From an uncultured Alphaproteobacteria bacterium (GTDB taxonomy: Bacteria; Pseudomonadota; Alphaproteobacteria; Sphingomonadales; Sphingomonadaceae): a stretch of 64,000 nt of DNA. Of this stretch, positions 20,276 through 28,857 are shown piece after piece; positions within the stretch are counted from its first letter, which is position 1, and each line of letters opens with the position of its first letter. The stretch covers positions 484,169 through 548,168 of the forward strand of contig CAWFGF010000002.1 of NCBI GenBank assembly GCA_963815345.1, read 5' to 3'. A program made the position numbers and the translations under genes. The notes beneath the pieces were generated by a model. The model worked only from the letters and a program-made list of their open reading frames with translations, was not told the origin of the DNA and searched no databases.

Positions 20276-22249
20276 ATGATCCAGTCAATTCCCTTGAAGA
20301 AGCTCGTCCCGAGCCCGCGAAACGTTCGCAAGTCTAGCGACGTGCTGGCCGACCTCCAGCTACGGGCAGACATCGCTGTGCGCGGACTGCTGCAGAATCT
20401 CGTCGTGCGCAAAGGAAAGCGCGGCAAGTTCGAGGTCGAGGCCGGAGGTCGCCGTCTCGCCGCGCTGCAGGCGCTGGCCGAAGAGGGCACTTTACCCGAA
20501 AGCCATGAGGTCACCTGCCTCGTCATCGAAGGCGACGAAAGCGAAGTGCGAGAAGCCAGCCTTGCCGAGAACTTCCAGCGTCTCGCAATGAACCCGGCCG
20601 ACGAGGCACAGGCCTTCGCCTCCATCATCGAGGCAGGGGCTACCACGGAAGACGTGGCGCGCCGCTTCGGCCTCACCGTCCGGTTCGTCGAAGGGCGCCT
20701 GCGTTTGGCAAGTCTCGCACCCTGCGTCTTCGAAGCACTCGCCGAGGGCACGATCACGCTCGACATGGCCAAGGCCTATGGCGCGATCTCCGACGTGGAG
20801 CGTCAGGCACATGTCTATGCCGAGCTGCAGGACGCCTGGTACCAGATCACGCCTGACACCATCCGCCGCATGGTGCTCGATGCCACGGTCCGCGGTTCCG
20901 ATCCGCGTGCCGTGCTCGTCGGACGCGATGCCTACCTCGCCGCGGGTGGCCGGATTGAACGCGAACTGTTCGACGACGATGCCAGTGAAAGCTGGATCGA
21001 TATCGCGCTGCTCGAGGACCTCGCGCACAAGGCCATGGACGAAGCCGCAGAAAAGACCGCACTTGAATATGGACTTGCCTGGGTTCGGCCGACGCTTGGC
21101 AACTACGTCAGCCATGACCTCATCGAAGGTCTGGGCCGCTTACCATGCGAGCCTGCACCGATGACCGAACAAGAAGCGCAAAAGCTCGGCGAACTTGAGG
21201 CCGACTACGACCGCGTCGCCGCCGTGCTCGAAGACGAGGACAGCGACGAGGATGAGGTCGCCAAGGCCGAACAGGAACTCGTGGTAATCGACCGCGCCAT
21301 GCGCGCGATCAATGATCGGCCGCCGGTACTCGCCGACGAGCTGAAATCCGAAGCTGGCGCCTTCCTAGTCCTCTCGCGAAATGGCGAGCCGACATTGGTC
21401 CAGCAATACTACACCGAGACCGAAGTCATCGCTGACGAATGTGTGGTCGAGGCCGTCGAGGAGAGCGGAGCGGCGAAGCCTAAAGGGAGCTCGCTGTCCC
21501 AGCGCCTGCTCGACGAGCTCGCGATGCAGCGCCGCGACATCCTCGCGATCCATCTCGCAAACGATCCGGCACTGGCACTCGACTTCATGGTCTTCACGCT
21601 CGCCGATGCCGATGGGCACGACTGGCACGCGAAGAAAGCGTCGACGCTTGTCGGATCGGTAGCGTCCGGCCCGGTCACCGGGTTTGAGGCCAAGGATGCG
21701 CCGGCGAGTGCTGCTTTGGCCGAATTCGCGGGGTCGCTCGATGAAAGCTGGCGTGCTGGCGAGAGCGATGTCGAGCGGTTTGCCAGGTTCCGGGCGCTTA
21801 CCGACGAGGCGCGCTCGGCCTGGCTTGGTCATGTCGTCTCGCGTGCACTCGTTGCCAGTCTTGCCTGCGAAGGCGAGCGTTCGGTGCCGATGCACGAGGC
21901 GCTCGGCTCGCTCCTTGAAATCGAGACCGCGCAATGGTGGCGTCCCACGGCGAACAACTACTTTGACCGAGTGGCTAAGGCCCGCACGCTCGAAGCGCTC
22001 GATGCCGCCGGCGGTCCCGAACTGGTCAGTCGCTATGCAGCCTCCAAGAAAACCGAACTGGCGAGCGCAGCCGAGCGCATCTTCTCGGGCAACTTCATTG
22101 GCGAGCCCGAGGTCAAGGAACGGGCGCAGGCCTGGGTGCCTTCGATCATGCGTTTCGCCGGTGCCGAGCAGGTCGCACCGGTTGCCGCTGAAGGTGACGA
22201 GCCGGTCAGCGACGACGCGACTGACGAAATTGCCGAGCAGGCTGCCTGA
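20276..22249 (+). CDS. ParB/Srx-domain protein (ICE/plasmid ParB-like, long acidic C-terminus)
   Basis: PLKKLVPSPRNVRK, LLQNLVV and VEAGGRRLAAL (ParB GxRR box). AGGAGA lies before ATG 20276. Confidence 0.8.
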   Translation: MIQSIPLKKLVPSPRNVRKSSDVLADLQLRADIAVRGLLQNLVVRKGKRGKFEVEAGGRRLAALQALAEEGTLPESHEVTCLVIEGDESEVREASLAENFQRLAMNPADEAQAFASIIEAGATTEDVARRFGLTVRFVEGRLRLASLAPCVFEALAEGTITLDMAKAYGAISDVERQAHVYAELQDAWYQITPDTIRRMVLDATVRGSDPRAVLVGRDAYLAAGGRIERELFDDDASESWIDIALLEDLAHKAMDEAAEKTALEYGLAWVRPTLGNYVSHDLIEGLGRLPCEPAPMTEQEAQKLGELEADYDRVAAVLEDEDSDEDEVAKAEQELVVIDRAMRAINDRPPVLADELKSEAGAFLVLSRNGEPTLVQQYYTETEVIADECVVEAVEESGAAKPKGSSLSQRLLDELAMQRRDILAIHLANDPALALDFMVFTLADADGHDWHAKKASTLVGSVASGPVTGFEAKDAPASAALAEFAGSLDESWRAGESDVERFARFRALTDEARSAWLGHVVSRALVASLACEGERSVPMHEALGSLLEIETAQWWRPTANNYFDRVAKARTLEALDAAGGPELVSRYAASKKTELASAAERIFSGNFIGEPEVKERAQAWVPSIMRFAGAEQVAPVAAEGDEPVSDDATDEIAEQAA

Positions 22250-22280
22250 CCCCTCCTGACAGGTCCAGGTCACTCGGCGG

Positions 22281-22313
22281 GCGGTCCGTCCCAATCGGGA
22301 CGGGCCGCTTTTT
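22281..22313 (+). terminator. Rho-independent terminator after the parB-like gene
   Basis: 12-bp stem gcggtccgtccc-aatc-gggacgggccgc followed by TTTTT. Confidence 0.7.
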
Positions 22314-22638
22314 CCATGTCAAATTTTGGGCCGTTAGAGGACAGTCTGCTTTCGTCAAAAAATGCAGCGAAGCGGATTTCTTGTTTCTCCAGCCGGCGGC
22401 GCATTGTGACCATAGCGAAAGGTGACTGTCCCATCAGCGAATGAGATCCTGTTCCGGTTGCGGGGCAGCTATACGGCAATTCGTGGGGAGGTCTGCGTCG
22501 CAATGCGCCTAGCGTGTGAGCCATCGCCGTGTTCCTCTCAGGAATTTTATCAATTGTTTATTTTCTTTACGCAATTGCTTCGAGTTCAATAACGACTACT
22601 GTTGATCCTAACGACATTCTTTCGGCCGAATAGAAATT

Positions 22639-23637
22639 ATGAAACCCAACTTCGCAAGAATGATCTACACGCTCGACGACGATGATCTTGAGCGGTTGAT
22701 CGATGATTGGGTTGGTCACAAGACATCCAAATACCATAGTAGCGAGATCTTTGCCGGCGCGGGAGACATGGGCAGGGACGTCGTCGGTTACCGGACCGCC
22801 TCTAAACTGGAAGGGCCCTGGGACAACTTTCAATGCAAGCAGTTAAAAAAGACCCTGACGAGGCCAGACATGCTTCGCGAGCTTGCCAAGATCTTTTACT
22901 ACAGTAGCCAAGGGCACTTCAGCCTTCCAGCAAGATACACATTTGTCGCCCCTACAGGCATAAACCGTCGAGCGACGGAACTGCTTACGCACCCCACGAA
23001 ACTTGCTGCAGCTCTTAAGGAAGAATGGAATGCCGTCTGCGCCAGTCACATTTCTGACGGCGTAGTCATCAATTTGGACCCTGCATTGGAGGCGATGATT
23101 GATGGCTTCGATTTCAACAACGTTGACAGTTTGGATGCTACAAGGTTGGCGAACGATCCGTCCATGAAGCCGGTCCTGGTGGATTGGTTTGGCGCGGATC
23201 CAGGGGCTCCGCCACGAGGCTCGACTCCTGAGGAAATTCAACCTGAGGAAACGAAATACCTAGAGCAACTGGTTGCAGCATATGGCCAGCGGCGCGGCAC
23301 TCCTTACGCAGATGCAACGGCAGCACTGGAATGCAGCGAGTATGGCGGGCGCTTAAAGGATCAGCGCACACGATTTTTCGAAGCCGCGCGATTCAAGCGA
23401 TACTATCGGGACAACACACCTGGAGAGGTCCTTCAGTCCTTTGAAGACGACGTCTATCACTCAGTGATTGAAACCTATCATGCCAATCACGCAGATGTAT
23501 TGGCCAAGGTAGATGCGGTGATGGAGCGTGCCGCTGCAATCTCAGTTACCGGCGTGCTGCACAAGTATGCTCGCGTGCCGGTTCGGCAGGGGACTTGCCA
23601 CCATTTCGCAAATGACGGGGTGTTGGAATGGAAGTGA
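22639..23637 (+). CDS. PD-(D/E)xK / Mrr-like nuclease-domain effector with an uncharacterised C-terminal domain (LmuA / ABC-3C effector-like)
   Basis: N-terminal motif GAGDMGRDVVGY...WDNFQCKQ (D43/D47...Q65-C-K67), as in the Mrr catalytic core. First gene of a translationally coupled trio. AT-richer than the flanks. Confidence 0.6.
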   Translation: MKPNFARMIYTLDDDDLERLIDDWVGHKTSKYHSSEIFAGAGDMGRDVVGYRTASKLEGPWDNFQCKQLKKTLTRPDMLRELAKIFYYSSQGHFSLPARYTFVAPTGINRRATELLTHPTKLAAALKEEWNAVCASHISDGVVINLDPALEAMIDGFDFNNVDSLDATRLANDPSMKPVLVDWFGADPGAPPRGSTPEEIQPEETKYLEQLVAAYGQRRGTPYADATAALECSEYGGRLKDQRTRFFEAARFKRYYRDNTPGEVLQSFEDDVYHSVIETYHANHADVLAKVDAVMERAAAISVTGVLHKYARVPVRQGTCHHFANDGVLEWK

Positions 23638-24125
23638 CCAAGTCAGATCGGCACAGCCCCTTTAACTCCACCGTAGAGACCGGCTTACGCGCCCTGATCG
23701 TGTTGGAGGCAATGTACCCTCGAAGGTGCAGTTTGGATGAGTTGACTTGGTTCGACTACTTGGTGGTTCACACTAGTGATATGGAGGGTCCAGAAAGCCT
23801 CCATCCTGATTTCGAAGCGAGTGTCGGAGAAATGCTTATTCGTCGGCGCTTAGTTGAAGAGAGCATTGCACTTTTGAGGAAGCTACATCTCGTTGTCGCG
23901 GACTATCATGATGGCTTAAACTATCTGCCTGGCGATGAAGCCCCTGCAATCATCGACCTACTGACTTCGACATACAATCAGAAATTGAAGGCCAGGGCGA
24001 ATTGGGTGGCGCAGACCTTTCAGAATTTCGACTCCGCCGAAGTGGAGGAAATTTTTGCTGACCGCATCGGGAGATGGACGGCGGAATTCCATGCGGATGA
24101 ACAGGCTACGAGTGCACAGCCGTGA
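23628..24125 (+). CDS. Small helical middle component (LmuC / ABC-3C MC-like)
   Basis: 165 aa. Its ATG overlaps the stop of the upstream gene by 10 nt, and its stop overlaps the GTG of the downstream ATPase (GTGA). The call rests on position and size only. Confidence 0.45.
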   Translation: MEVTKSDRHSPFNSTVETGLRALIVLEAMYPRRCSLDELTWFDYLVVHTSDMEGPESLHPDFEASVGEMLIRRRLVEESIALLRKLHLVVADYHDGLNYLPGDEAPAIIDLLTSTYNQKLKARANWVAQTFQNFDSAEVEEIFADRIGRWTAEFHADEQATSAQP

Positions 24126-26011
24126 CCGATCAGCGGATAATCTTACGGTTTATTGGGCTAACAGGGCCATCGCTTGAGCCAGCGCGCGTGGAGTTTTGTG
24201 ACGGCGTAAACGTCATTTTTGGCGCATCAAACACTGGCAAGTCCTTCACCTCAAAGTTGTTGAACTTCATGTTCGGGGGGCAAAGCCCATTGCCCGAAAT
24301 CGAGGAACGGCGAGGATATGACTCGGTCTTGTTGGGCCTGACGTTGCCGGAGCGTGGCGATTGCACACTATACCGTGCTGCCGCCGGTGGGGCCTTTCAG
24401 CTTTTTGCCGGCCTTCACCTCGAAAAGCCCGCCGACGGTTCTGGAGTGAGAATTGAGCCGAAGTTTGATGCCCGTAATCCGTCGAACATTTCGACTCTGC
24501 TGCTGGAAGAGATTGGTTTGGACGGGAAGAAGGTCGTTAGGAATGAAGATGGGGCGCACCTAAGTTTCACTATGCGAGTTCTCGCGCCTTATCTCTTCGC
24601 GGACGAAGAGGCGATCATTGCCGAGTTAAGTCCATTCCTCACAGGCAATAGAGACACCGCGACCGCAGAGAAGAACGGGTTGCGGCTGATGCTTACTGGA
24701 CAGGACGATAGCGCCGTTGTCCCAGTGCAGCCGCAGAAGGTTCGGAAGGCACAGCAAGAAGGCAAGTATGATTTGGTCGAGGAGATGATCGCCGAGATCG
24801 ATGAAAGCCTCGGTGAGAATGCACCTGATAGAGAAGGCTTGAATGATCAGCTTGGCAAGCTCGAGAGCCGACTAAACGAATTTCAAACCGAAATCCTCCA
24901 GCGGCAAGAACAGCTCGACAAGATGACGGGCGCGAGACGAGAAATCAGGGATGCAATTTTTCAGTCGCGTGATCGAGCCAAAGAAGTCGGTCTGACCATT
25001 GAGAGATTTCTGCAGCTGGATCGCGTCTACCTTTCCGACTTGGAGCGATTGGAAGCTGTTGATGAGGGGGGGAGCATTTTGCTCGCGAGAGTTGGCCGTC
25101 CTTGCCCGCTCTGTGGTTCTGGGATCGACGCAAACTCACATTCCCATGGTCAGGATGAAATAGAGCTGGCCAGAACAGCGGCTCTTACCGAACAGAAGAA
25201 AATTCGGAACGAACGTCAACAACTCTTAGAGACTATAGCCGAGTTGAAGGAAGAGCAGTCGCTCCATGACCAAGAAATCGATCATCTAAGCCAGAAACTT
25301 CTCGAACTTCAGCAGATGATCGATGCTGAACTTCCTAAAGAAGCGAATTTTCGAGAACAGTATGAAGACCTCACCTCAGTTAGAGATGACGTTGTCGAGA
25401 AGCTGCGATTGTATAGGCAAAGGGATAGGCTGGCCGTAAGGCTGTCCGAATTCTCTGAGAAGGTTCCGCGCGGTCGTGGTGATGATAAGTTGAAAACCGG
25501 CATCGATGGCCCGACTGGGCACAAGTTTGCGCAGAAGGTCCAAGAGGTTTTGGAGGCATGGAATTTCCCGAATGCTCCGATTGTTTCCTTCGATCCTGAG
25601 CACCAGGATATCCAAATTAATGGGAAGGCTCGTTCGGCTAACGGCAAAGGTGTCAGAGCCATCCTACACACTGCATCGAAGCTCGCCCTGCTCCTCTTCT
25701 GCCAAGAAAAAGGTCTGCCTCATCCTGGGCTCCTTGTGCTCGATACCCCGTTGCTGACTTACCGCGAGCCAATGCACAATCCGAAGTATGGTGAACTTGA
25801 TGACGATGAGAAGATGCTCAAGTCAACGACACTGCAAGAGAGCTTCTACAGGCATCTCATTTCGCTGAAGGGTAAAGCCCAGTTCATCATCTTGGAGAAC
25901 ACAGATCCGCCAGAGGCTGAAGCCTCAAATATGAATCGTATTGTATTCACAGGGGAAGAAGGCCGAGGGCGTTTCGGCTTCTTTCCTACAAAATCTAGCA
26001 AATTGAACTGA
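24122..26011 (+). CDS. SMC/Rad50-like ABC ATPase with coiled-coil insert (LmuB / DUF3732-like)
   Basis: Walker A GASNTGKS (aa 34-41). E/Q/L/K-rich helical middle with CPLCG (aa 328-332) near its centre. Walker B LLVLDTP (aa 537-543) and QFIILEN near the C-terminus. Confidence 0.7.
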   Translation: MTDQRIILRFIGLTGPSLEPARVEFCDGVNVIFGASNTGKSFTSKLLNFMFGGQSPLPEIEERRGYDSVLLGLTLPERGDCTLYRAAAGGAFQLFAGLHLEKPADGSGVRIEPKFDARNPSNISTLLLEEIGLDGKKVVRNEDGAHLSFTMRVLAPYLFADEEAIIAELSPFLTGNRDTATAEKNGLRLMLTGQDDSAVVPVQPQKVRKAQQEGKYDLVEEMIAEIDESLGENAPDREGLNDQLGKLESRLNEFQTEILQRQEQLDKMTGARREIRDAIFQSRDRAKEVGLTIERFLQLDRVYLSDLERLEAVDEGGSILLARVGRPCPLCGSGIDANSHSHGQDEIELARTAALTEQKKIRNERQQLLETIAELKEEQSLHDQEIDHLSQKLLELQQMIDAELPKEANFREQYEDLTSVRDDVVEKLRLYRQRDRLAVRLSEFSEKVPRGRGDDKLKTGIDGPTGHKFAQKVQEVLEAWNFPNAPIVSFDPEHQDIQINGKARSANGKGVRAILHTASKLALLLFCQEKGLPHPGLLVLDTPLLTYREPMHNPKYGELDDDEKMLKSTTLQESFYRHLISLKGKAQFIILENTDPPEAEASNMNRIVFTGEEGRGRFGFFPTKSSKLN

Positions 26012-26261
26012 AGCTCTTTTAGGCCGCTGATCAGTTCTCGCCGACTTCTCTCGCGACAAACTGGGTTCACCCGACAGGAAACGAGCCAGTGACGCTGCCT
26101 TCGGAGTGTAGGGTTCACCGAACGGCAGCTTCTATGTGAATATCGCACACACGTGAACGACCGAAATTGAGGGCGCATAGCGGTCATCATTGAAGGAGAG
26201 AGGAGGGAGCTTGGTCTTCCTGAGCCGGGACATCTCCGTTCCGGCGATCAGGAGATCTCCC

Positions 26262-27191
26262 ATGACCAAGTCCCGCCGCTCTGTTTCGACATCGCCAGCC
26301 CAGCGCATCACCGCCGCCATCATCGAGAAGCTCGAGCAAGGAACAAAACCCTGGGTCAAGCCGTGGCGAGGTGTGCCAGTCTCGCGGCCCTTGCGGTCCT
26401 GCGGGACACCCTATCGCGGCATGAACACTTTCTGGTTGTGGATGGTGGCCGATGGCTGTGGCTACGCCTCGCCCTACTGGATGACGTATCGCCAGTGCCA
26501 GAAACTCGGCGGACAGGTCCGCAAGGGTGAGAAATCGACCATCGCGATCTTCTACAAGAGCTACACCAAGGAGGTCGAGAACGCCGAAGGCGAAGCTGAC
26601 ACCGAGAACCGGCGCGTGCTCAAAGCCTATTCCGTGTTCAACGCGGATCAGTGCGACGGCCTCCCCGAGTTCTACCATCCCAAGCCACTCGTTGCCGCGC
26701 TTGAGCCCGAAGGACGCGAAGATCGCCTTGATGCCTTCTTTGCCGATATCGGCGCAGACCTGCGCCATCATGGTGCCCAGGCCTACTACGAGCCGCAGCG
26801 CGACCGGGTCACCATGCCTCCAGCCGAACTATTCGAAGCTTATGACCACTATTACGCGACACTCGCGCACGAGCTGTCGCACTGGACGGGGCATTCCTCG
26901 CGGCTCGATCGCGATCTCAAGAACCGCTTCGGCAGCGACGCCTATGCGGCCGAGGAACTGATCGCCGAACTTTCCTCGGCCATTCTCGGGGCCGAACTGG
27001 GTCTTCCCGTTACCCATCTCGACCATCACGCCAGCTACATCGCGTCTTGGCTCAAGATCCTCAAATCGGACGAGCGCGCGATCTTGACCGCGGCGGCCAA
27101 GGCCGAGGAAGCGGCCAGCCTGTTGCTTGACCTTGGGGGTTACCAATCTCTGGAAGGCGAGCCCGACATCGATCTTGCTGATGCAGCCTGA
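26262..27191 (+). CDS. ardC: ArdC-type antirestriction protein (ssDNA-binding N-domain + zincin metallopeptidase-like domain)
   Basis: ITAAIIEKLEQGTKPWVKPW, YRGMNTFWL and HELSHWTGH (HExxH). AGGAGA lies before ATG 26262. Confidence 0.85.
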   Translation: MTKSRRSVSTSPAQRITAAIIEKLEQGTKPWVKPWRGVPVSRPLRSCGTPYRGMNTFWLWMVADGCGYASPYWMTYRQCQKLGGQVRKGEKSTIAIFYKSYTKEVENAEGEADTENRRVLKAYSVFNADQCDGLPEFYHPKPLVAALEPEGREDRLDAFFADIGADLRHHGAQAYYEPQRDRVTMPPAELFEAYDHYYATLAHELSHWTGHSSRLDRDLKNRFGSDAYAAEELIAELSSAILGAELGLPVTHLDHHASYIASWLKILKSDERAILTAAAKAEEAASLLLDLGGYQSLEGEPDIDLADAA

Positions 27192-27202
27192 GGAGCAGTG
27201 AG

Positions 27203-27643
27203 ATGGGACGTTCTGTCAGCTATCCAACCGGCTCCGTGGTTGCCTTTCGCCTGCTTGATGAGGGCGAAGACGACGATTTCGACTGGGTCTACCAGTGCTT
27301 GGTCGACGAGGTCATCGATACCGCGAAAGTGGCCTTTCCTTCGTTCGAAACCTTCGACGGATGGCGCGGGCGCGAGGATCGCATTCTCCTGCGAAACGCC
27401 TTCGCTGATTGCGGCGTTTCAACTTATTGCGGGCTCGCCGCGGTCTGGCTCGCCGAACGCGACGATGCCCGGTACTGGGAGGCCGATTTCTACAACCCAC
27501 GAACGGCAAGGGCACGACACTGGCTTGGCCAAGTGTCGGATAGGTTCATCGAATTGTTCGGTGAGCTGCGCATGGTCGGTCGGTTCTCGAATGGCGAAGC
27601 GATCTTCGAGCGCTCCCGATCCACCTGTGACACCGAGTCATGA
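27203..27643 (+). CDS. Acidic hypothetical protein (146 aa)
   Basis: Follows ardC after 11 nt. Hand count gives about 27 Asp/Glu versus about 17 Lys/Arg, including EGEDDDFD. No recognised motif. Confidence 0.5.
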   Translation: MGRSVSYPTGSVVAFRLLDEGEDDDFDWVYQCLVDEVIDTAKVAFPSFETFDGWRGREDRILLRNAFADCGVSTYCGLAAVWLAERDDARYWEADFYNPRTARARHWLGQVSDRFIELFGELRMVGRFSNGEAIFERSRSTCDTES

Positions 27644-27660
27644 TCCTGCCTCATCCCTGA

Positions 27661-27806
27661 CCGCCGGGAGAGGCCCTTGGGCCGGTCGGGGCGCGCCGCA
27701 ACCTGCGGCCCGTCGGCCCGTGTTGCCCGCGCCAGCCTAGGGCCGCAGGTTTCCCGCTACGCGGTGCGTCGCGCCCCTTGTCCCGGCCCTGATCGGGCTC
27801 CGGCGG
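27661..27806. promoter_or_regulatory. Long GC-rich nested imperfect hairpin upstream of the DUF2493 gene
   Basis: Nested inverted repeats: aacctgcggccc (27700-11) / gggccgcaggtt (27740-51); ggggcgcg (27688-95) / cgcgcccc (27770-77); ccgccgg (27661-67) / ccggcgg (27800-06). Confidence 0.5.
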
Positions 27807-27862
27807 ACAGGGTCGAGGCAATGGTGCCTCCTCTCCTTGTCCCCGCGATCAGGAGACACCCC

Positions 27863-28798
27863 ATGTACGACAGCTTCATCGACCAGTTGAGCGGCCTCGA
27901 CCTCTCAGGGCTCAGCATCAGGCCAGCTCCCTTCAACGAAACCGACTTTCCCTGCGAGGACGCGATCGAGCAGACCCTCGCTGCAGTCTGGTCCGATCTT
28001 TTCGCGATGTTTTCCGACACGGCCCTGGAGGCCGATGCCGAGGACATTGCATGGGGCGTGGTCAATCTCTTTCACCGTGCCGCCAGTCGGAAGTCCGCTC
28101 AGCTCGACCGGGCCAGCGACGAGATCCGGGTCCTCCTCGCATCAGCCGATGGCTCCGAAGTGCACTCGAGCAATCTGGAAGAGCAGGTCGAACGCGCGCA
28201 GGCTGCCGAAGCCAGTATGCTGGCCTTCGAGCAGATGCGCGAGGCTGCGGCAGCACTCTATCGCTACGAGACCGGTTCCTCGTGGAAGCCCGTTTCTGGC
28301 TCGCGTACGGGCCATTCGCGCCACCTTACTTCGGCTGTGATCGATGCCCGCGATTTCCTCCGCGCACGTGCTGAGAACCGGCGTCACGCTCTGATTCCGG
28401 AAGGAACTCCGGTCGTTTTCGCCGGTGGTCGCCAGAGCTTCGAGAGCGCCGAGGATGCGCGTGTCTACGCCGACAATATCTGGGCGACGCTCGACAAGGT
28501 TCGCGATGTGGTTCCCGATCTCTTCCTGGTCCATGGCGGCGACGGCAAGGGTGCCGATCGACTCGCCGCGAGCTGGGCTGAACGCCGCGAAGTCCAGCAG
28601 CTGACCTATTCGCTCGATCGTCGGCTTGGTGCCCGCGCCGGCTTCAAGCGCAACGAGCAGATGCTCTCACTCAATCCGCGCTACGTTGTCGCCTTTCCGG
28701 GCAATGGCGTGACCGAACGGCTCGTCATCGATGCCAAGGCGCGCCGGATCACCGTGGTCGATCGTCGTGGCCACTTGGGCACCTCTCCCGGGTCCTGA
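27863..28798 (+). CDS. DUF2493 (SLOG-fold) domain protein with a roughly 190-aa N-terminal extension
   Basis: C-terminus LVHGGDGKGADRLAASWAERREVQQ...YVVAFPGNGVTERLV resembles DUF2493 as recalled. AGGAGA lies before ATG 27863. The track start at 27677 lies inside the hairpin region. Confidence 0.6.
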   Translation: MYDSFIDQLSGLDLSGLSIRPAPFNETDFPCEDAIEQTLAAVWSDLFAMFSDTALEADAEDIAWGVVNLFHRAASRKSAQLDRASDEIRVLLASADGSEVHSSNLEEQVERAQAAEASMLAFEQMREAAAALYRYETGSSWKPVSGSRTGHSRHLTSAVIDARDFLRARAENRRHALIPEGTPVVFAGGRQSFESAEDARVYADNIWATLDKVRDVVPDLFLVHGGDGKGADRLAASWAERREVQQLTYSLDRRLGARAGFKRNEQMLSLNPRYVVAFPGNGVTERLVIDAKARRITVVDRRGHLGTSPGS

Positions 28799-28857
28799 GG
28801 GGCCCTTCATCATCTGCATGAGAATTGCCTGGATGTGCATTCGGCGCCGACCCGACT

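Noticed and set aside
22270-22524. 84-aa - strand ORF between the parB-like gene and the three-gene operon.
   Set aside because: Its 3' part overlaps the parB-like terminator hairpin. It has no RBS and no motif, and its composition is unremarkable. It was kept only as a possibility for a small regulator of the neighbouring operon.
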